This document shows, piece by piece, positions 46,925-61,095 of a stretch of DNA of 64,000 bases. Location of the stretch: contig OX597814.1 in the NCBI GenBank assembly GCA_951406725.2, forward strand, positions 39,246,001 to 39,310,000, read 5' to 3'. The translations under genes and the position numbers were made by a program. Below the pieces are notes generated by a model. The model worked only from the letters and a program-made list of their open reading frames with translations, had not been told where the DNA came from and searched no databases. The stretch is from Octopus vulgaris. Taxonomy: Eukaryota. Each line of letters opens with the position of its first letter. Within the stretch, counting starts at the first letter, position 1.

Positions 46925-47950
46925 AACTAATATTTTCATACATTCTCCCGCCGCCCTAATGATTCTTCCAGAATTAGAATTATTGACATTGAGGTCAAGA
47001 ATATGTCTATAAACGGTCTCCAATATTTGAAATATTCATAGAAACGCAACAATATTGCTGTGGTGTCGTCTTTTGTTACGTCTGTCTCCTATATCTCTTC
47101 TCTTTATTTTTATTGATGTGAATAATTTTATGGAAAATATACATATGAATTACAAATATACACATAAAATAATGTCTGCTAATACTTTGAAATACAATAG
47201 TTATTTTCTTCTCTTCCGTTTCGGTGTCTATTAGAGTGGTGTGTTGCAGCATATATTAAATATTTCGATCGGTGGATTTACGGTATATACTTACGCGCCT
47301 TTACTTTATAATTCCAAATCCTACTCTACTGATTTTTGACTCTGCTTCAGCTCATTATAAGTTTGTTTAAATATGTATTGAGCTGATGTTACTGCTTTAC
47401 CAGTCAAAGAAACTTGGGGGCGTGTGACTATGATATAAATCAATATTAGGTAATTGTGACAGTCGCCTTATCATCTTTGGTAACAAATTTGCAGAATTTA
47501 TATGAAGAAACTCATTTCACATGGAATTCACGGGAATATTTGAGGATACATTACCATTCCATCTACTATAGTAGTGAACATGTGTAACGTGGAAGATTTG
47601 TAATTATTCCATTATAAATATTTTTCATGAGAAAGCTAAATTATACCTCAGGAAAAACAACATAGACTGGATATTCTATTACCATATTATGTGTTAATTT
47701 TCTTTCCTTTCAAAGAAGATTAGATTTCTATATTTTACTTTAGTTGGAAGTGGGATGATTGTCTGGCTGCTGCTACTACTCTCGGCGTTTTTCTTGATAT
47801 TGATATGGTCATTCCTGGAGCATTTACAGTCATTCCGTATTCATAGTTCTGCCGCATATTTTTTGCTTACAGTTTTATAAGTATTACGTTAGAGCTTATG
47901 CTAATATTTACTTTAAATCTATGCAAAGATTTCCGATCTTCCACCATCTG
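46925..47950 (+). pseudogene. Possible single-exon class A GPCR pseudogene
   Basis: Broken frames give, in order, NNIAVVSSFVT (TM2-like), YFLLFRFG..LQHILNISIGGFTVYTYAPLLY (TM3/DRY/PLxY-like, 47200-47309), RFLYFTLVGSGMIVWLL (TM6-like) and LIFTLNLCKDFR (TM7/helix 8-like); key motifs are mutated. Confidence 0.3.
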
Positions 47951-48239
47951 TCACGTGAGTCAATCCACTTCTTATACAATATACAATAGCGAACGTCTTG
48001 AAAATGAAATCGTACATTTCTAAAGTTATTTTCAAATGGTGCTACATTGCTCTGCAATCATTTTCCATTGCTAAAATATTTTTTTCTGAATAACCTTCGC
48101 AATGTCTATGATAAACACCGCTATATTCAACAGAGGAAATTATTATCTAACGCACGCCTCACATCTTCTGCAGATGTTACTGAGAATGAAAAACAATCTG
48201 TGAACATCTTTGCGAAACAATATAAGCAAGAATTAACAC

Positions 48240-48853
48240 GGCGGACCGGCAGAATCGTTAGCGTGCCAGGAACAATTCGCAGCATTTCTTCTGGTATTAC
48301 GTGTACCCGGCGTTGCTCGGGTTTGTTTCGACCCTTTAGAATTGGAATTTTTGAACAGTAAAAATTTTGCATTATGTAGCATGTTATTCTCTTTAAGTGA
48401 ACATTTGAACATTTTTCTGGTTGAAATAACTCCGAAAAATGGCGACACAGCAGTCAAAAAATCGTAATAAATATGGATCTTCATAGAAAAAAAATCAACT
48501 TATTGATGTAAATAATTTTTGGTCTTAAGATGGTGCGATTTGAATTTCATCTTCTACGGAATAAGGAGCAAGCTTTCTTCTCTCATACACTCAATTTTGG
48601 TCAACTTGCGCCGCAGGGTCTCGGAGGAGATAGTGTTAGTTGAAGGCTACCAAACCTGCCACACACATACAACTTCAGCTTTATACATAGAGTTGAAATT
48701 CCATCCACGTTACTTCAAATTCGGCCAAGTTTGACTTTTCCTTTCATCATTTCGTTATCGATAAAATAAGTACCAGTTAAGCAGTGTGGTCGATGTAATC
48801 GAATTTAGTCTCTTCCATTAACTTGCTGGTCATGCGCCAACATTTAAAACAAA
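48240..48853 (+). mobile_element. SINE family A split by a Helitron-like insertion
   Basis: Head gcggaccggcagaatcgttagc at 48241; remainder ttcaaattc..cctttcatc..aagtaccagtt..ggtcgatgtaatcga after 48693. Confidence 0.65.
48305..48691 (-). mobile_element. Non-autonomous Helitron-like element (3' CTAG not seen)
   Basis: Hairpin cccggcgttgctcgggtttg shared with 10197-10216; the other end cacacatacaacttcagctttatacataga resembles 10535-10560. Confidence 0.6.
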
Positions 48854-50192
48854 TATAAACACGAATTTGTAAAGCAAAGAGTGAAATATATTGACGAGAA
48901 CCGAGTGACGCACGATGCTTCGGTTGACCTTTAATTACAGAAAAGATGCTACACAATTAGCCTTTCTACAATGTGATTACATAGGCTAATGAATAAATTG
49001 TTTATCTATTAGTTTATTTGTATTTCTTCTTTTTAAAATATGTTATTTATATTTCTACGAAATAATTGGTTAGTTACTTATAGCAGGTCTAATTCAACTT
49101 CATGTGAGTTTAAAGGTAAATTTTGTGAATATAATTTTCGAAATAAATAAAATATATCTGATTAAAGAAATATTTTTCTTAGCAGTGAAACGAAAACAAA
49201 ATAAAGTAATAAACACACACAGAAACACACACACGCACATACATATATCATATTATCATATGTACTCACTGTCAGAATGTAATATCCCTCACAATACAAT
49301 AATTTCGTAAACCAACACATATCAACAATAACAACCAAAACAAAACTTTGAAATGTAATAAAACAGCTGCTGCCAAATAAATATAACGTTTGATACAATC
49401 TTCACAAGAGGTGTAAGATATATAATACAATCAAGTAATTTCCACGCCGCGTTCATTACTGGTAAATGTTCGGGTTCTTCGCATTATAAAGTAATCTCAA
49501 AGAATACTATCAACTTCACAAAAAATACAAGAAAAAAATTAAACACCTGGGAGTGTTGTTGACAATGATGATGATGATGGGGGTGCTTGTTGTTGTTGGT
49601 GGTGGTGGTGTTGGGGATTGGCGGCGGCGGCGGTGGTGTTGGTGGTGATGGTGGTAGTAATGATTGTGATGATGATAATGATGATGAGTAGGGGGAGGAG
49701 GTCGTTGTGTAGTATGTCAACACGGAAAAAAATATGGGAGCGATGAAAAACAATGGTGACGATGATGTTGAATGAAATTGATAATAAAGATGAAGTTGAT
49801 AATGTTGGTGTTGACGAGGACGGTAATAGTTAAGAAGTTATCAGTCTGATAGGAGATATTTGAATGCTCAGTCATCATGACAGAACGAAAAAGATATAAA
49901 AGAAATTAAAGAAACGGGTAAAAATGTAGATAAAATAAACGTATCTGAAGATAAATTTGAGAAAATATATATAAAAACAAAACAAAAGAGCAAAATATAT
50001 ATACACAAAAATAATTGTTTTATTATATTTTTTTCCGAAGTTATGATAACTGAAATGTGTTCAGAAACTGAACAAATTGCTAAACATGATAAACTGTTAT
50101 CTCAGTAATAAAGGTCTTTCAAAATCATATTCTTGATTATGGAAATTTCACACAAATATAGGCACTCTAACACACAGACGTATGTATGTATG

Positions 50193-50223
<31 letters not shown>

Positions 50224-50732
50224 AAAATTATGTGTAACTGTGTCCAAGTTCAAATTGGTGAAAAATGTATATCAAACGATGCTGTATTTACTACGGAAAT
50301 TTGAAATTACGCATATACACACACACAAGCACAAACGCATATACAGAAGCACAACTATATACATACATAAAAGCACAGATACGCGCAGACACAAAATATA
50401 TTAATTTATTATTATTATTAATTTTTTTCCATTCGTCATCCTTAAATTCTTGCATCAAATTCTAAGGTCAACGTCGTTATAATGCATATCTTATATACAT
50501 TTTTATTCCGGCGAGGCATTTCCACTTCTGACCTCAACTAGTATCTCACCCAGACTGTCACAGACAGACAACAAAGAAGAATTGGAGGAAGATGAGAAGC
50601 TATAGGATTAGCATGAGGTTTATCCATCCCAAGATTATATTAAATAATTTGGCGAGCATGGGATTAAAATTCAGATCGCAGACATCTGCTATGGAATCTA
50701 ACCGTAACTATGAAGCAACCATTGGACAGCTC

Positions 50733-50897
<165 letters not shown>

Positions 50898-51117
50898 CAC
50901 ACACATCACATATAAGTTACTAAATACAAGTATATAGGTACACAAAAACATATATGAATATATAAATGTGGTATTTAAATGCTCCCTCCCTTTCTCTCTC
51001 CGTCTCTCTATATGTGTGTGAGCATGGCTGTGCGTGCGTGTTCGTATATTTATATATATATACATGGAAATAGACAGACAGACATATAAATAGATAGATA
51101 GATAGATGGATAGATAT

Positions 51118-51186
<69 letters not shown>

Positions 51187-51959
51187 CATATAGATAGATG
51201 TGATAAAATATTGTCACGACCCCATTTTGTCTTTCAGCTACCCAATAATTGTAACTGATGAATCGACGTACATCTTCGTGGCATTTATGTTTTTCAATCT
51301 TTTCTTGTTTGTCTTTATTTTTATAGACTCTTTGTCTTTGCAATCCAGTCATAATAAACAGCTGAACACTTCAGATGTGTAGTAAACAAAATATGAATAT
51401 TGACTATAGAAAATTGACTAGCTCTTCGTCATGCTCTGATGAGATGGCCCACTATCATAATGACGTCGTAGATATGAAGTCTCTAACAATCTATTTCTCT
51501 CTCTCTCTCCACTCTTTCTCTGTTTCTCTCTATCTCTTCCTCTCTCTCTCTCGTTGCCCACACGTGACTATCGTGCAGCTTTCTTTTCTTCACGTGACCA
51601 TCTTTCTTTTCCTGCACGGTCATGTTTTTTTTTTCTATCTCTCTTCTATCTTTTCTCCTTATGAATTTTTTTTTTCTCACAGCGTTCATTATTTGCCACT
51701 CGTTCTGGTTTAAGGAGACACCATATTTGATTTCATTCAGTTTGTATGTCTCCACTGGGAGCATCTGTCATTGAAGACTCATATAGTCGTTGAATGCTCG
51801 AAATGATTAGTAGTTAGATAGCCGACAACGGATGAAGGGACCTTTCTCTGTGTCTACTTGTGCTGTTTTCCATTTCTTCTCCTTGTTTACGTATTTAACT
51901 CGTTTTCTTACGTAATTCATATTATTTGCACCGTTGCTGATGTCCTGTACCCGTATATT

Positions 51960-52002
<43 letters not shown>

Positions 52003-52032
52003 GCACACACACACACATACACACATACACGC

Positions 52033-52078
<46 letters not shown>

Positions 52079-52149
52079 AAGTGTGATAAATACATAGAGA
52101 GAGATGTGGAGAGACAGACAAATAGATTGCTCTTGTATGAAGTACTAAA

Positions 52150-52700
52150 TTCTTATCGAGCCAATATTTTCACAAAGCTGAATGAAAATCAATTAAATAT
52201 AGGATATGGTACCGTCACTGGTCAGGAAATCTTTCTGTACATAATAATGATATGGAACTAATAATTTATGTGACTTATGCAAACTGTATGCATTAAATAT
52301 ATCCTGACAATATAGGCCACGATGGATAAGATATAATTCACAGAGAAATGCATGTCCTTCTGAGACGCAGAACACATTTCTCAAATCACCTAACCAAGAA
52401 ATTAATAGAAAGCGAACACATCCACCTTATATGAACGCTGTAAGACACTGAGGAGATAACTGAGCGGCACAGTGAGAATATTTTAAAAATTGTAAAAAAT
52501 TTGTTTGAGAATCATTCACAGTGCTCAAAATAATAGTGATACTATTAAAAAGATGCATGTAGTTAATAGCATACCTCAAAAGTTCAAGGAAAATACCGAA
52601 TGATCAGTTCAAAAGCGTTTCCACGATAACATTAGGACAAATGCAGAGGAGCTATCTTTAAAAAAATATCTCTATGTAAAAAAGTACAAATAATCTGTTA
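52150..52700 (+). mobile_element. Mariner-like transposase relic
   Basis: TVTGQEIFLY (cf. IxTGDExW), DIIHRE, THPPY (cf. HPPYSPDL) and KIPNDQFK..SYL occur in the expected order in broken frames. Confidence 0.45.
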
Positions 52701-53429
52701 CAAATTTTTCGTTGGTTAATACCATTAGTAGCCCACGTTGCTCGAGTCGCCGTAAAAGTTAAAATCGTAAAAGTGAGAAGGAGAGGGAGAAGTAAGAGTT
52801 TATAAGGTAGTTATAATATTTGAATATCCCTAAAGCAGTTATATATTTATTGATGCTACGTATGCAATACTGTCTCTATGTGCCATGCATAAGGCTTTAT
52901 CGATGAATACATGCACGTAGTTTTGTATAACTACATAACATTGTTATAACTAAAAAAAAACCTGTGTACTAGGGATAAGTTTAATGAGTGCAATTAATTG
53001 AATGAAGTTCCAGCCATTTGTTGTAGTGTATAGAACATTTAGATATATTGCTCATGCAAGCAAAACCAATCACTTTTAGTCGATACATAAGCAAAATAGA
53101 TCAGACTCCAATAAATCATTGATGCACCAAGTTTAGACATATGAATATAAATGCACCAAAAAAAAAATGTTAAGTGATAAATATTAATTTTGTCGGAAGT
53201 CACAGTTTTGTAGGGCGGCGCACCAGTTTCGTTAGTTCCAACAATAAAACTAAATAAGAAGGCTTGTAAGTGCATGCTTATACAGCTGTATGGCTACAAT
53301 TATAAATATGTGGGTGTATATGTATATATATATATATATATGTGTGTGTGTATTCGTATGTGTGTGTGTGTATTTGTGTGTTTGCGCGCGTGTGTATGTA
53401 TATATATGTATATATACACATACATATAT

Positions 53430-53492
<63 letters not shown>

Positions 53493-53678
53493 TATTTACA
53501 TACATATATACAGTCAGATTGACAACCATATTTATATATATGTACATATATTTGCATGAATACATTCATAAACGCACTTGTGCGTGTGTATATATACACA
53601 TATGTCTATATGTATGTATAGTCATATGCGTGTGTGTGTGTATGTGGGTGCTTGTGTGTATGTATGTATGCAGGTGTG

Positions 53679-53719
<41 letters not shown>

Positions 53720-54200
53720 ATATGTCTTAGCGTATGATTACATTCCAGGCAGTCTAAGAAAGAGAGTCATATATTGATTCCTTTAATTTATATGCTTATA
53801 TCCGTTGCTGTCTTCATCCATATATTTATCTATCATAGACAATTTCACACTACGACTGACCTCCGTTCGGGTAAATGTTCATTCTTTTATATCATGGACG
53901 CCATGCATATTCACTGCAAATGTTCTGTATTTTTTTCTTCACTGATTCAAAGACTAGTTCCGGTTATATCTAATCTCAACTTCTTTTGGTCAATAGAATC
54001 GTATCAATGTATTACAGAAAAAAAAATTAATAAATAACAGAATCAATTTAAGAGCTATGAACTTTAATCGCAAACGTCTCTTGTGTGTGTGTTTTTGAGT
54101 GTGTGTGTATTTGCGTGAGTGTTTGTGTGTGTGTATACATACTTATATCAATATATATATATATACGCTTACACCTATGTATACATACATAGATATACAT

Positions 54201-54231
<31 letters not shown>

Positions 54232-54232
54232 C

Positions 54233-54272
<40 letters not shown>

Positions 54273-55077
54273 TATATATATGTGTGTGTTTGTGTGTGTG
54301 TGTATACATATATATATATATAGATATATAGATTTACTGGATATGGTGCGATTCAATTTTCTCTTTCTCAATCAAGTAGATTACAAGTAGGGAATAAAAT
54401 ATATGTACTTTTTTATAAACTACAGAAACTAAGATATAAATGCAGAAAATTAATGGCTATATGAAAGTTTGAACAAAATCGTGGCCTGGTTATGTTCTAT
54501 AAAGCCCATGATACAAAGAGGTCTATATTATTCATTAGGTGACCCCCATATTAGCGTAAAGGTGGGGGTGATTTACTATGTGTGAAATCAATAATGAAAA
54601 AAATGTTCAACTGCAAAAAAATTATTTCTTTTTGTCAATAATACCTATTCTGAGTCAAAAAGCGTAACATTGGAAATCTTATATAAAATTTTCAGGGATA
54701 ATACATAAATAGTTTTTTCTTCTTTTTTCTTTTCTTTGAAGGAATGCCAGAAGGGCTGGGTATTTGGATGTTTCATTAAAAGAAACTGAACTTCGATCAA
54801 TATTCTATAGAGCCTTTTCGTTACACTTTGTAAACAGCTTTCAATACAAAACCGGGATATATCTTCAGAATGTTTTAAGATCCTCAAGTGAAAAGAAGCA
54901 GTAGATTGAATTCATTCTAGCTGATTGATATTATACATGTGTATATACGTTCTTGCTGCAGTCAAAGAGACTGTATGATGTTATATCTTAAGCAGACTAC
55001 AATTCTTTCCTTTCTGCGATTTCTCCCACCTTATGCACACATATATATATATATATATATATACTTGTGTGTGTATG

Positions 55078-55144
<67 letters not shown>

Positions 55145-55305
55145 ATATATATATATATATATATATACATACATACATATATATATATATATACATACAT
55201 ATATATAAATATATATATATATTTGTATATATGTATGTTTATACACACACATATATATATGCGTTTGTAAGGGTATATAAAAATGTATATATATATATAC
55301 ATATA

Positions 55306-55399
<94 letters not shown>

Positions 55400-56227
55400 C
55401 ACATGTATGCGTGTATGTTTTTTTCTATAGTATTTACGTATATGGGTGTGTGTTTATGTGTGTCTGTGTGAGAGATAGAGAGACTGAGCACGAAACTGTG
55501 TGTCTGTGTATTATACGCATATGCATATGTATTTTAACATCTATATGTATAGTCATATATTGCTTTTTCTTTTCACGCTTTTGTTCAAGCAATTTACAGT
55601 TTGACTCCATTTGCTATTTTGACAACTCTCTTTTCTATCATTCAGAAAAAAAAATTGATTATTTATTTTTCATTGTACTTCTTAATGTAGCAATGTAATA
55701 AAATTCTACTGTTATATTTTATTGCTAAGAGACATGGGCAAAATATTATATACATCATGTTTTTTTCTTTTATCGGTTTAGATTTTTGTTCAAACTATAG
55801 TGTGGGTTATTTTGAATTCAAATCATTGATACTTGGAATGCACGCGACATTCTCCATTTGGTGATTCGAATTGTGTTCAGTAAGTATTATCAATATGAAT
55901 ATGAGAGAAAAAGATGTGTAAGTTTGCAGAATGCTAAGTGAATTCTGAGCATTTTCATGTTCCATTGCAGGTAAATAAATCCTTGAAGTAACGGTAAAAA
56001 ATTATTAAAAAAATCATACGGATACATAATCCACAAAAATACACGATTATATATCTACATGTATGTACACATACACGCAAGTGTCTAACACAGTCTATTA
56101 AATAGGCATATTTACTCCACTGACTGGAATTTTGTCCAATTCACAGGCACAACAATACATATACTTGTGTGTGTGTTTGCGTGTTTATGTTCCTCTGTGT
56201 ATATGCGCATGTATATATGTATATATA

Positions 56228-56296
<69 letters not shown>

Positions 56297-56383
56297 AGAT
56301 ACAGATATAAACGTATATATATATATATATATGTGATATTTATATGTATGTATATACATATCTATATATATGCATATATACAC

Positions 56384-56481
<98 letters not shown>

Positions 56482-57164
56482 TTACGTGCAGGTGACCAAA
56501 AGTGTATGTACGCCACTATATGTATATATAAAGCAAAACAAAGAATGGAACAAGAACATAAGAGGTGACAACAAACATCCGGTCAATTAGTCAATACAAC
56601 AGAGGATAGGAAAAAAACAGGGAAGGGTCATTCGTAGCTTTCAATTGTCAGTTGAGTCCCATATCGTTGTTGCAGTTTCGGTCCGTTATATTCTAGACTG
56701 CTCTAATCTGGCCGGCCCCAAGGAAATCTAAGCTCAGTGCACTGGATTCTTTGGAAGAAATCAAACAAATGTATGAGAAAACAAGGACGAAAAATACGGA
56801 GAATGCCTAAAGATGTATCCCTAATTATACTATACAATATGATGTAATACAAATAAAACGCGAATTGTACAGTGTTTAAGTTTTCGGAGTTGTTAACAAG
56901 TAATTAGTCTTGACTGGTGTATATCTTACTGAAACTGAAAATATGGGAAAGAATCTCGGTCGATTCTAAGCACCTTTCATGCATAAAACACTTACTTTAA
57001 CAATTCTGCATATGGAATCACAGCCAAAATCTCAAATATTAGAATATATGCTTAAATTGAATCTCTGGAAGAATATTGTAGACTTATTAAAATCTATAGA
57101 TTTGGAAAGCATTTGGTAAATATACACATATATGTGTGTGGGTGAGTGTATGTTTCCATGACTG

Positions 57165-57248
<84 letters not shown>

Positions 57249-57465
57249 GGTGTGTGTGTGTAAATTATATGGAAACAACATAATTGTACAAACACGGAAA
57301 AACTTTCAGAACGTGTCCAAATATTAGCATATTTCAAGATATATTCTATGATTCACGTTTAAAATTGTGTATGAATAGAAATATAATCATTATGATTAGT
57401 ATACATACAGGTTCATGAGCCTAAATGAATACAGGAAAACACAGACACACAAAAAATGTGTGTTA

Positions 57466-57566
<101 letters not shown>

Positions 57567-57567
57567 T

Positions 57568-57888
57568 GAGGGCACGTGGCTTAGTGGTTAGGGCATTCGG
57601 CTCATGATCGTAAGGTTGTGAGTTCGATTCCCGGCGACGCGTTGTGTCCTTGAGCAAGACACTTTATTTTACGTTGCTCCAGTCCACTCAGCTGGCAAAA
57701 GTGAGTTGTACTTGTATTTCAAAGGGTCAGCCTTGTCACTCTCTGTGTCACGCTGATTATCTCCGAGAACTACGTTAAGGGTACACGTGCCTGTGGAATG
57801 CTCAGCCATTTGCACGTTAATTTCACGAGCAAGCTGTTCCGTTGATCGTATCAGCTGGGACCCTCGTCGTCGTAACCGGCGGAGTCTT
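57568..57888 (+). mobile_element. tRNA-derived SINE, head X + tail Q
   Basis: A box tggcttagtgg, B box gagttcgattccc; CORE-like body shared with 23709; tail shared with 38361. Confidence 0.85.
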
Positions 57889-57889
57889 C

Positions 57890-57928
<39 letters not shown>

Positions 57929-58216
57929 ATATGTATATATGTACAGGGAACACAAAGGCGTGACAGAGAGAGAGAGAGGAGAAATGAAAAGACAAGAAAA
58001 GGCGTCAACAAGTAACTATGACATTACAACCAGCCAGCCAGCCAGCCAGCCAAAGTCTTCGCTACATTTGAGGCATCTGCCAGAGGGAGTGTTTGTCTAG
58101 GATAGGACTACACAACCACAGCAGGAGATGCATTTGGACATTAAATGTAAAAGCCGGACTACATTATTTTATGCGCAACTCCGTTGTCTCCCAAGACAAA
58201 AAGGACGCCAACTATA

Positions 58217-58266
<50 letters not shown>

Positions 58267-58286
58267 CGCGTGAGTGGCTGTGTGGT

Positions 58287-59681
58287 TTCAAAAAGGGAAA
58301 CAAGTCCCTTGCAGTGAACTACCGTCCGATCTCACTCACCTCTCATATCATCAAGGTATTTGAGAGGGTGGTGAGATCTCGAATAACCCAATTTCTGGAA
58401 AGCAACAGACGGCTGATCTCTAACCAACATGGGTTCCGTAATGGAAGGGACTGCCTAACGCAGCTCCTGCATCACTTTGATGACATTTTGAGAGCTTTGG
58501 GAGAGGGCTCCAACACCGATGTCATCTACCTTGATTTCAGTAAGGCCTTCGACAGGGTCGATCACAAGATCCTATTGAAAAAACTATCCAACATTGGTGT
58601 CTCTGGAAAGTTACTGAAATGGATCAAGTGTTTCCTGACAGACAGATCTCAACATGTTGTAGTTGAAGGGGTAAAATCAAGCCCAGCCAAAGTCAGTAGT
58701 GGCGTTCCGCAAGGCACTGTGCTGGGCCCACTTCTTTTCATCATTTACATTAATGACATTAATGACATCATCAAGCACAGCAACATAAAAATCTTTGCAG
58801 ATGATTCCAAGCTACAGAAGGTCATAAATGAGGCGAGTGACCGGACATGCCTTCAGTCAGATCTACTGGCTGTTATCCAATGGGCAGAAAAAAACAATAT
58901 GCTGCTGAACGAGGATAAATTTGAATTAATCCACTTTGGAAATGAGGATGCCCTGAAACTCCCATACTCCCTTCCTTCAGGTGAAACTCTCGCGGCGTCC
59001 AACAACATCAGAGACTTGGGAGTAATTGTGGACAACAACATAAGCTGGGCCACTCATATAAACACCAAAGTTGACATGGCCCGCAGAATGTGTTCCTGGA
59101 TTCTCAGAACTTTCCAGTCGAGAGATATCCACACCATTATCCTTCTCTTCTCCACTTTTGCCCGACCCCACCTTGAATACTGTTGTCCACTGTTGTCTCC
59201 CCACACAATACAAGGTATCATAAAAGTTGAAGCACCTCAAAGGGCAATCACAAAAAAGATAGATGGCATGACAGGCCTCGACTATTGGGGTCGACTAGAA
59301 AAGCTAAAACTCTATTCTCTCCAACGTCGTCGTGAGCGCTACATCATCTGCATGATGTGGAAAATATTCCATCAGCATTGCCCAAACGATGTTGGCATCA
59401 CCTTTAAGGTACATCCAAGGCTTGGGCCCAGTGCCATCCGCCCAAAACAAAAATCGCACTCTCATCGCATAACAACAATACGGCACAATTATTTCACCTC
59501 AATTGGCCCCGCTCTCTTTAACATTACACCAAAACACATTAAAAAAGAAACTGACCCTATAGGGTTCAAGAAGTCTTTGGACAGATTCCTTCAAGAAATC
59601 CCGGATAAACCCCCTACACCCGGATATGTCTCTGTAAACAATAACTCTCTACTTGAGTGGGCCATAGTGCCCAAATTCTGA
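58287..59681 (+). CDS. CR1-type LINE ORF2, RT domain and C-terminus, uninterrupted but 5'-truncated (no APE domain, no true start)
   Basis: Frame open from FKKGNKSLAVNYRPISLTS; QHGFR, DVIYLDFSKAFDRVDH, GVPQGTVLGPLLF, FADD, RDLGVIVD, RPHLEYC; stop TGA ends at 59681. Confidence 0.9.
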   Translation, partial: FKKGNKSLAVNYRPISLTSHIIKVFERVVRSRITQFLESNRRLISNQHGFRNGRDCLTQLLHHFDDILRALGEGSNTDVIYLDFSKAFDRVDHKILLKKLSNIGVSGKLLKWIKCFLTDRSQHVVVEGVKSSPAKVSSGVPQGTVLGPLLFIIYINDINDIIKHSNIKIFADDSKLQKVINEASDRTCLQSDLLAVIQWAEKNNMLLNEDKFELIHFGNEDALKLPYSLPSGETLAASNNIRDLGVIVDNNISWATHINTKVDMARRMCSWILRTFQSRDIHTIILLFSTFARPHLEYCCPLLSPHTIQGIIKVEAPQRAITKKIDGMTGLDYWGRLEKLKLYSLQRRRERYIICMMWKIFHQHCPNDVGITFKVHPRLGPSAIRPKQKSHSHRITTIRHNYFTSIGPALFNITPKHIKKETDPIGFKKSLDRFLQEIPDKPPTPGYVSVNNNSLLEWAIVPKF

Positions 59682-59770
59682 CTTGAAAGACTTCACCAGG
59701 TGGTGCTATTAAGTTAGACATGACCTGGGCCAATAATGGCCGAAACCTATCAAAGTATCAAAGTATCAAA

Positions 59771-59771
<1 letters not shown>
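58287..59771 (+). mobile_element. 5'-truncated CR1-type LINE with (TATCAAAG)3 tail
   Basis: Short 3' UTR ending in an 8-bp tandem repeat, as in CR1-clade elements. Confidence 0.85.
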
Positions 59772-59814
<43 letters not shown>

Positions 59815-59819
59815 TTATA

Positions 59820-59975
59820 ACTGAAATTTACAGAAAAACAAAAGACGAAGACAGGTGTATAGCCAACAATCAAGTGTATTAGTTTAACGCTTGGAAGGTG
59901 AGAAAGTCTTACGTTTTTGGTCTACACTCCTAGCTGAAATGTACACGAGGAAATAAACAGAGATACGATTAAATG
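59820..59975 (-). mobile_element. Penelope-type pLTR fragment (family of 5745 and 9960)
   Basis: aaaacaaaagacgaagacag..aaagtcttacgttt matches the reverse complement of 10025-10120; HHR core decayed. Confidence 0.65.
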
Positions 59976-59982
59976 AGAGGGG

Positions 59983-60376
59983 GAGTGGCTGTGTGGTAAG
60001 TAGCTTGTTTACCAACCACATGGTTCCGGGTTCAGTCCCACTGCGTGGCACCTTGGGCAATTGTCTGCTACTATAGCCTCGGCCCGACCAAAGCCTTTTA
60101 AGTGGATTTGGTAGACGGAAACTGAAAGAAGCCCGTCGTATATATGTGTATATATATGTGTGTGTGTGTGTTTGTGTGTCTGTGTTTGTCCCCCTAGCAT
60201 CGCTTGACAACCGATGCTGGTGTGATTATTTCCCCGTTACTTAGCGGTTCGGCAAAAGAGACCGATATAATAAGTACTGGGCTTACAAAAGAATAAGTCC
60301 CGGGGTCGAGTTGCTCGATTAAAGGCGGTGCTCCAGCATGGCCGCTGTCAAATAACTGAAACAAGTAAAAGAGTAA
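59983..60376 (+). mobile_element. SINE family B; its first bases lie upstream at 58265-58286
   Basis: Near-consensus body and tail; gagtggctgtgtggt duplicated at 58272-58286 and 59983-59997. Confidence 0.9.
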
Positions 60377-60381
60377 ATGAG

Positions 60382-60413
<32 letters not shown>

Positions 60414-61057
60414 CGCGTGCGTTTATATGTGTGCTTGTGTGCATGTGTGTGCATACATATTTAAGTGCGGCTGTGTGGTTAGAGTCTTTCATATGTATCT
60501 GTGGTTCATTATTCAGTCCCAAAGCATGTGATATTGAGGGAATCTTTTCTACCAAAGAATCGTCAGTGGATTTAGTTGTTGGAAACTGAAAGAGAGTCGT
60601 CGTGAATATTTATACACAACCGCACGTTTCCGCGCACGCACGCAGAAACCTACACATGCACTAATGTTTATGTGTGTGTGAAGATAGATAGAAAGACAGA
60701 GACAGTCAGAGAAGGGAGGGGAGAAAGATACAATGATGAGAATGTGTGTTTGAGTAGATTAATATATTAACATATATGAGTTTAGAATGAATGATATGAT
60801 AACTACACATGAGCCTTCCTTCTATGTCATCTAGAATATGTAATCAGATTTGCTTGAATATATCTTGTTTCCAACACCTGAAATTGTTGTCACCTCTGCA
60901 CCCTAAATAGGTTATACATTTATATCATCCATTTTGATTATAATCTGTATTTTAGCGTCTACACATATATTTCACTGCTTTGTGTCTAAGTCTGTAACTA
61001 AATTTGATTTTGCGTAATAGCGATTAAATATACTTAGATTATAATGTTTGTGTGTAC

Positions 61058-61095
<38 letters not shown>

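Noticed and set aside
46705-46926. Minus-strand ORF with KVERISIRFVRF, faintly like CR1 ERVQRRFT
   Set aside because: A single weak motif, insufficient to call.
49484-49830. Pro/Ser/His-rich ORF
   Set aside because: Degenerate GGT/GAT/GTT trinucleotide tract with no splice or domain support.
51254-51285. CTGATGA motif
   Set aside because: No stem II/GAAA downstream and no box C/D partner structure; expected by chance.
58314-58316. Start codon of the 455-aa ORF
   Set aside because: It is an internal GTG (Val); homology continues upstream to the truncation at 58287.
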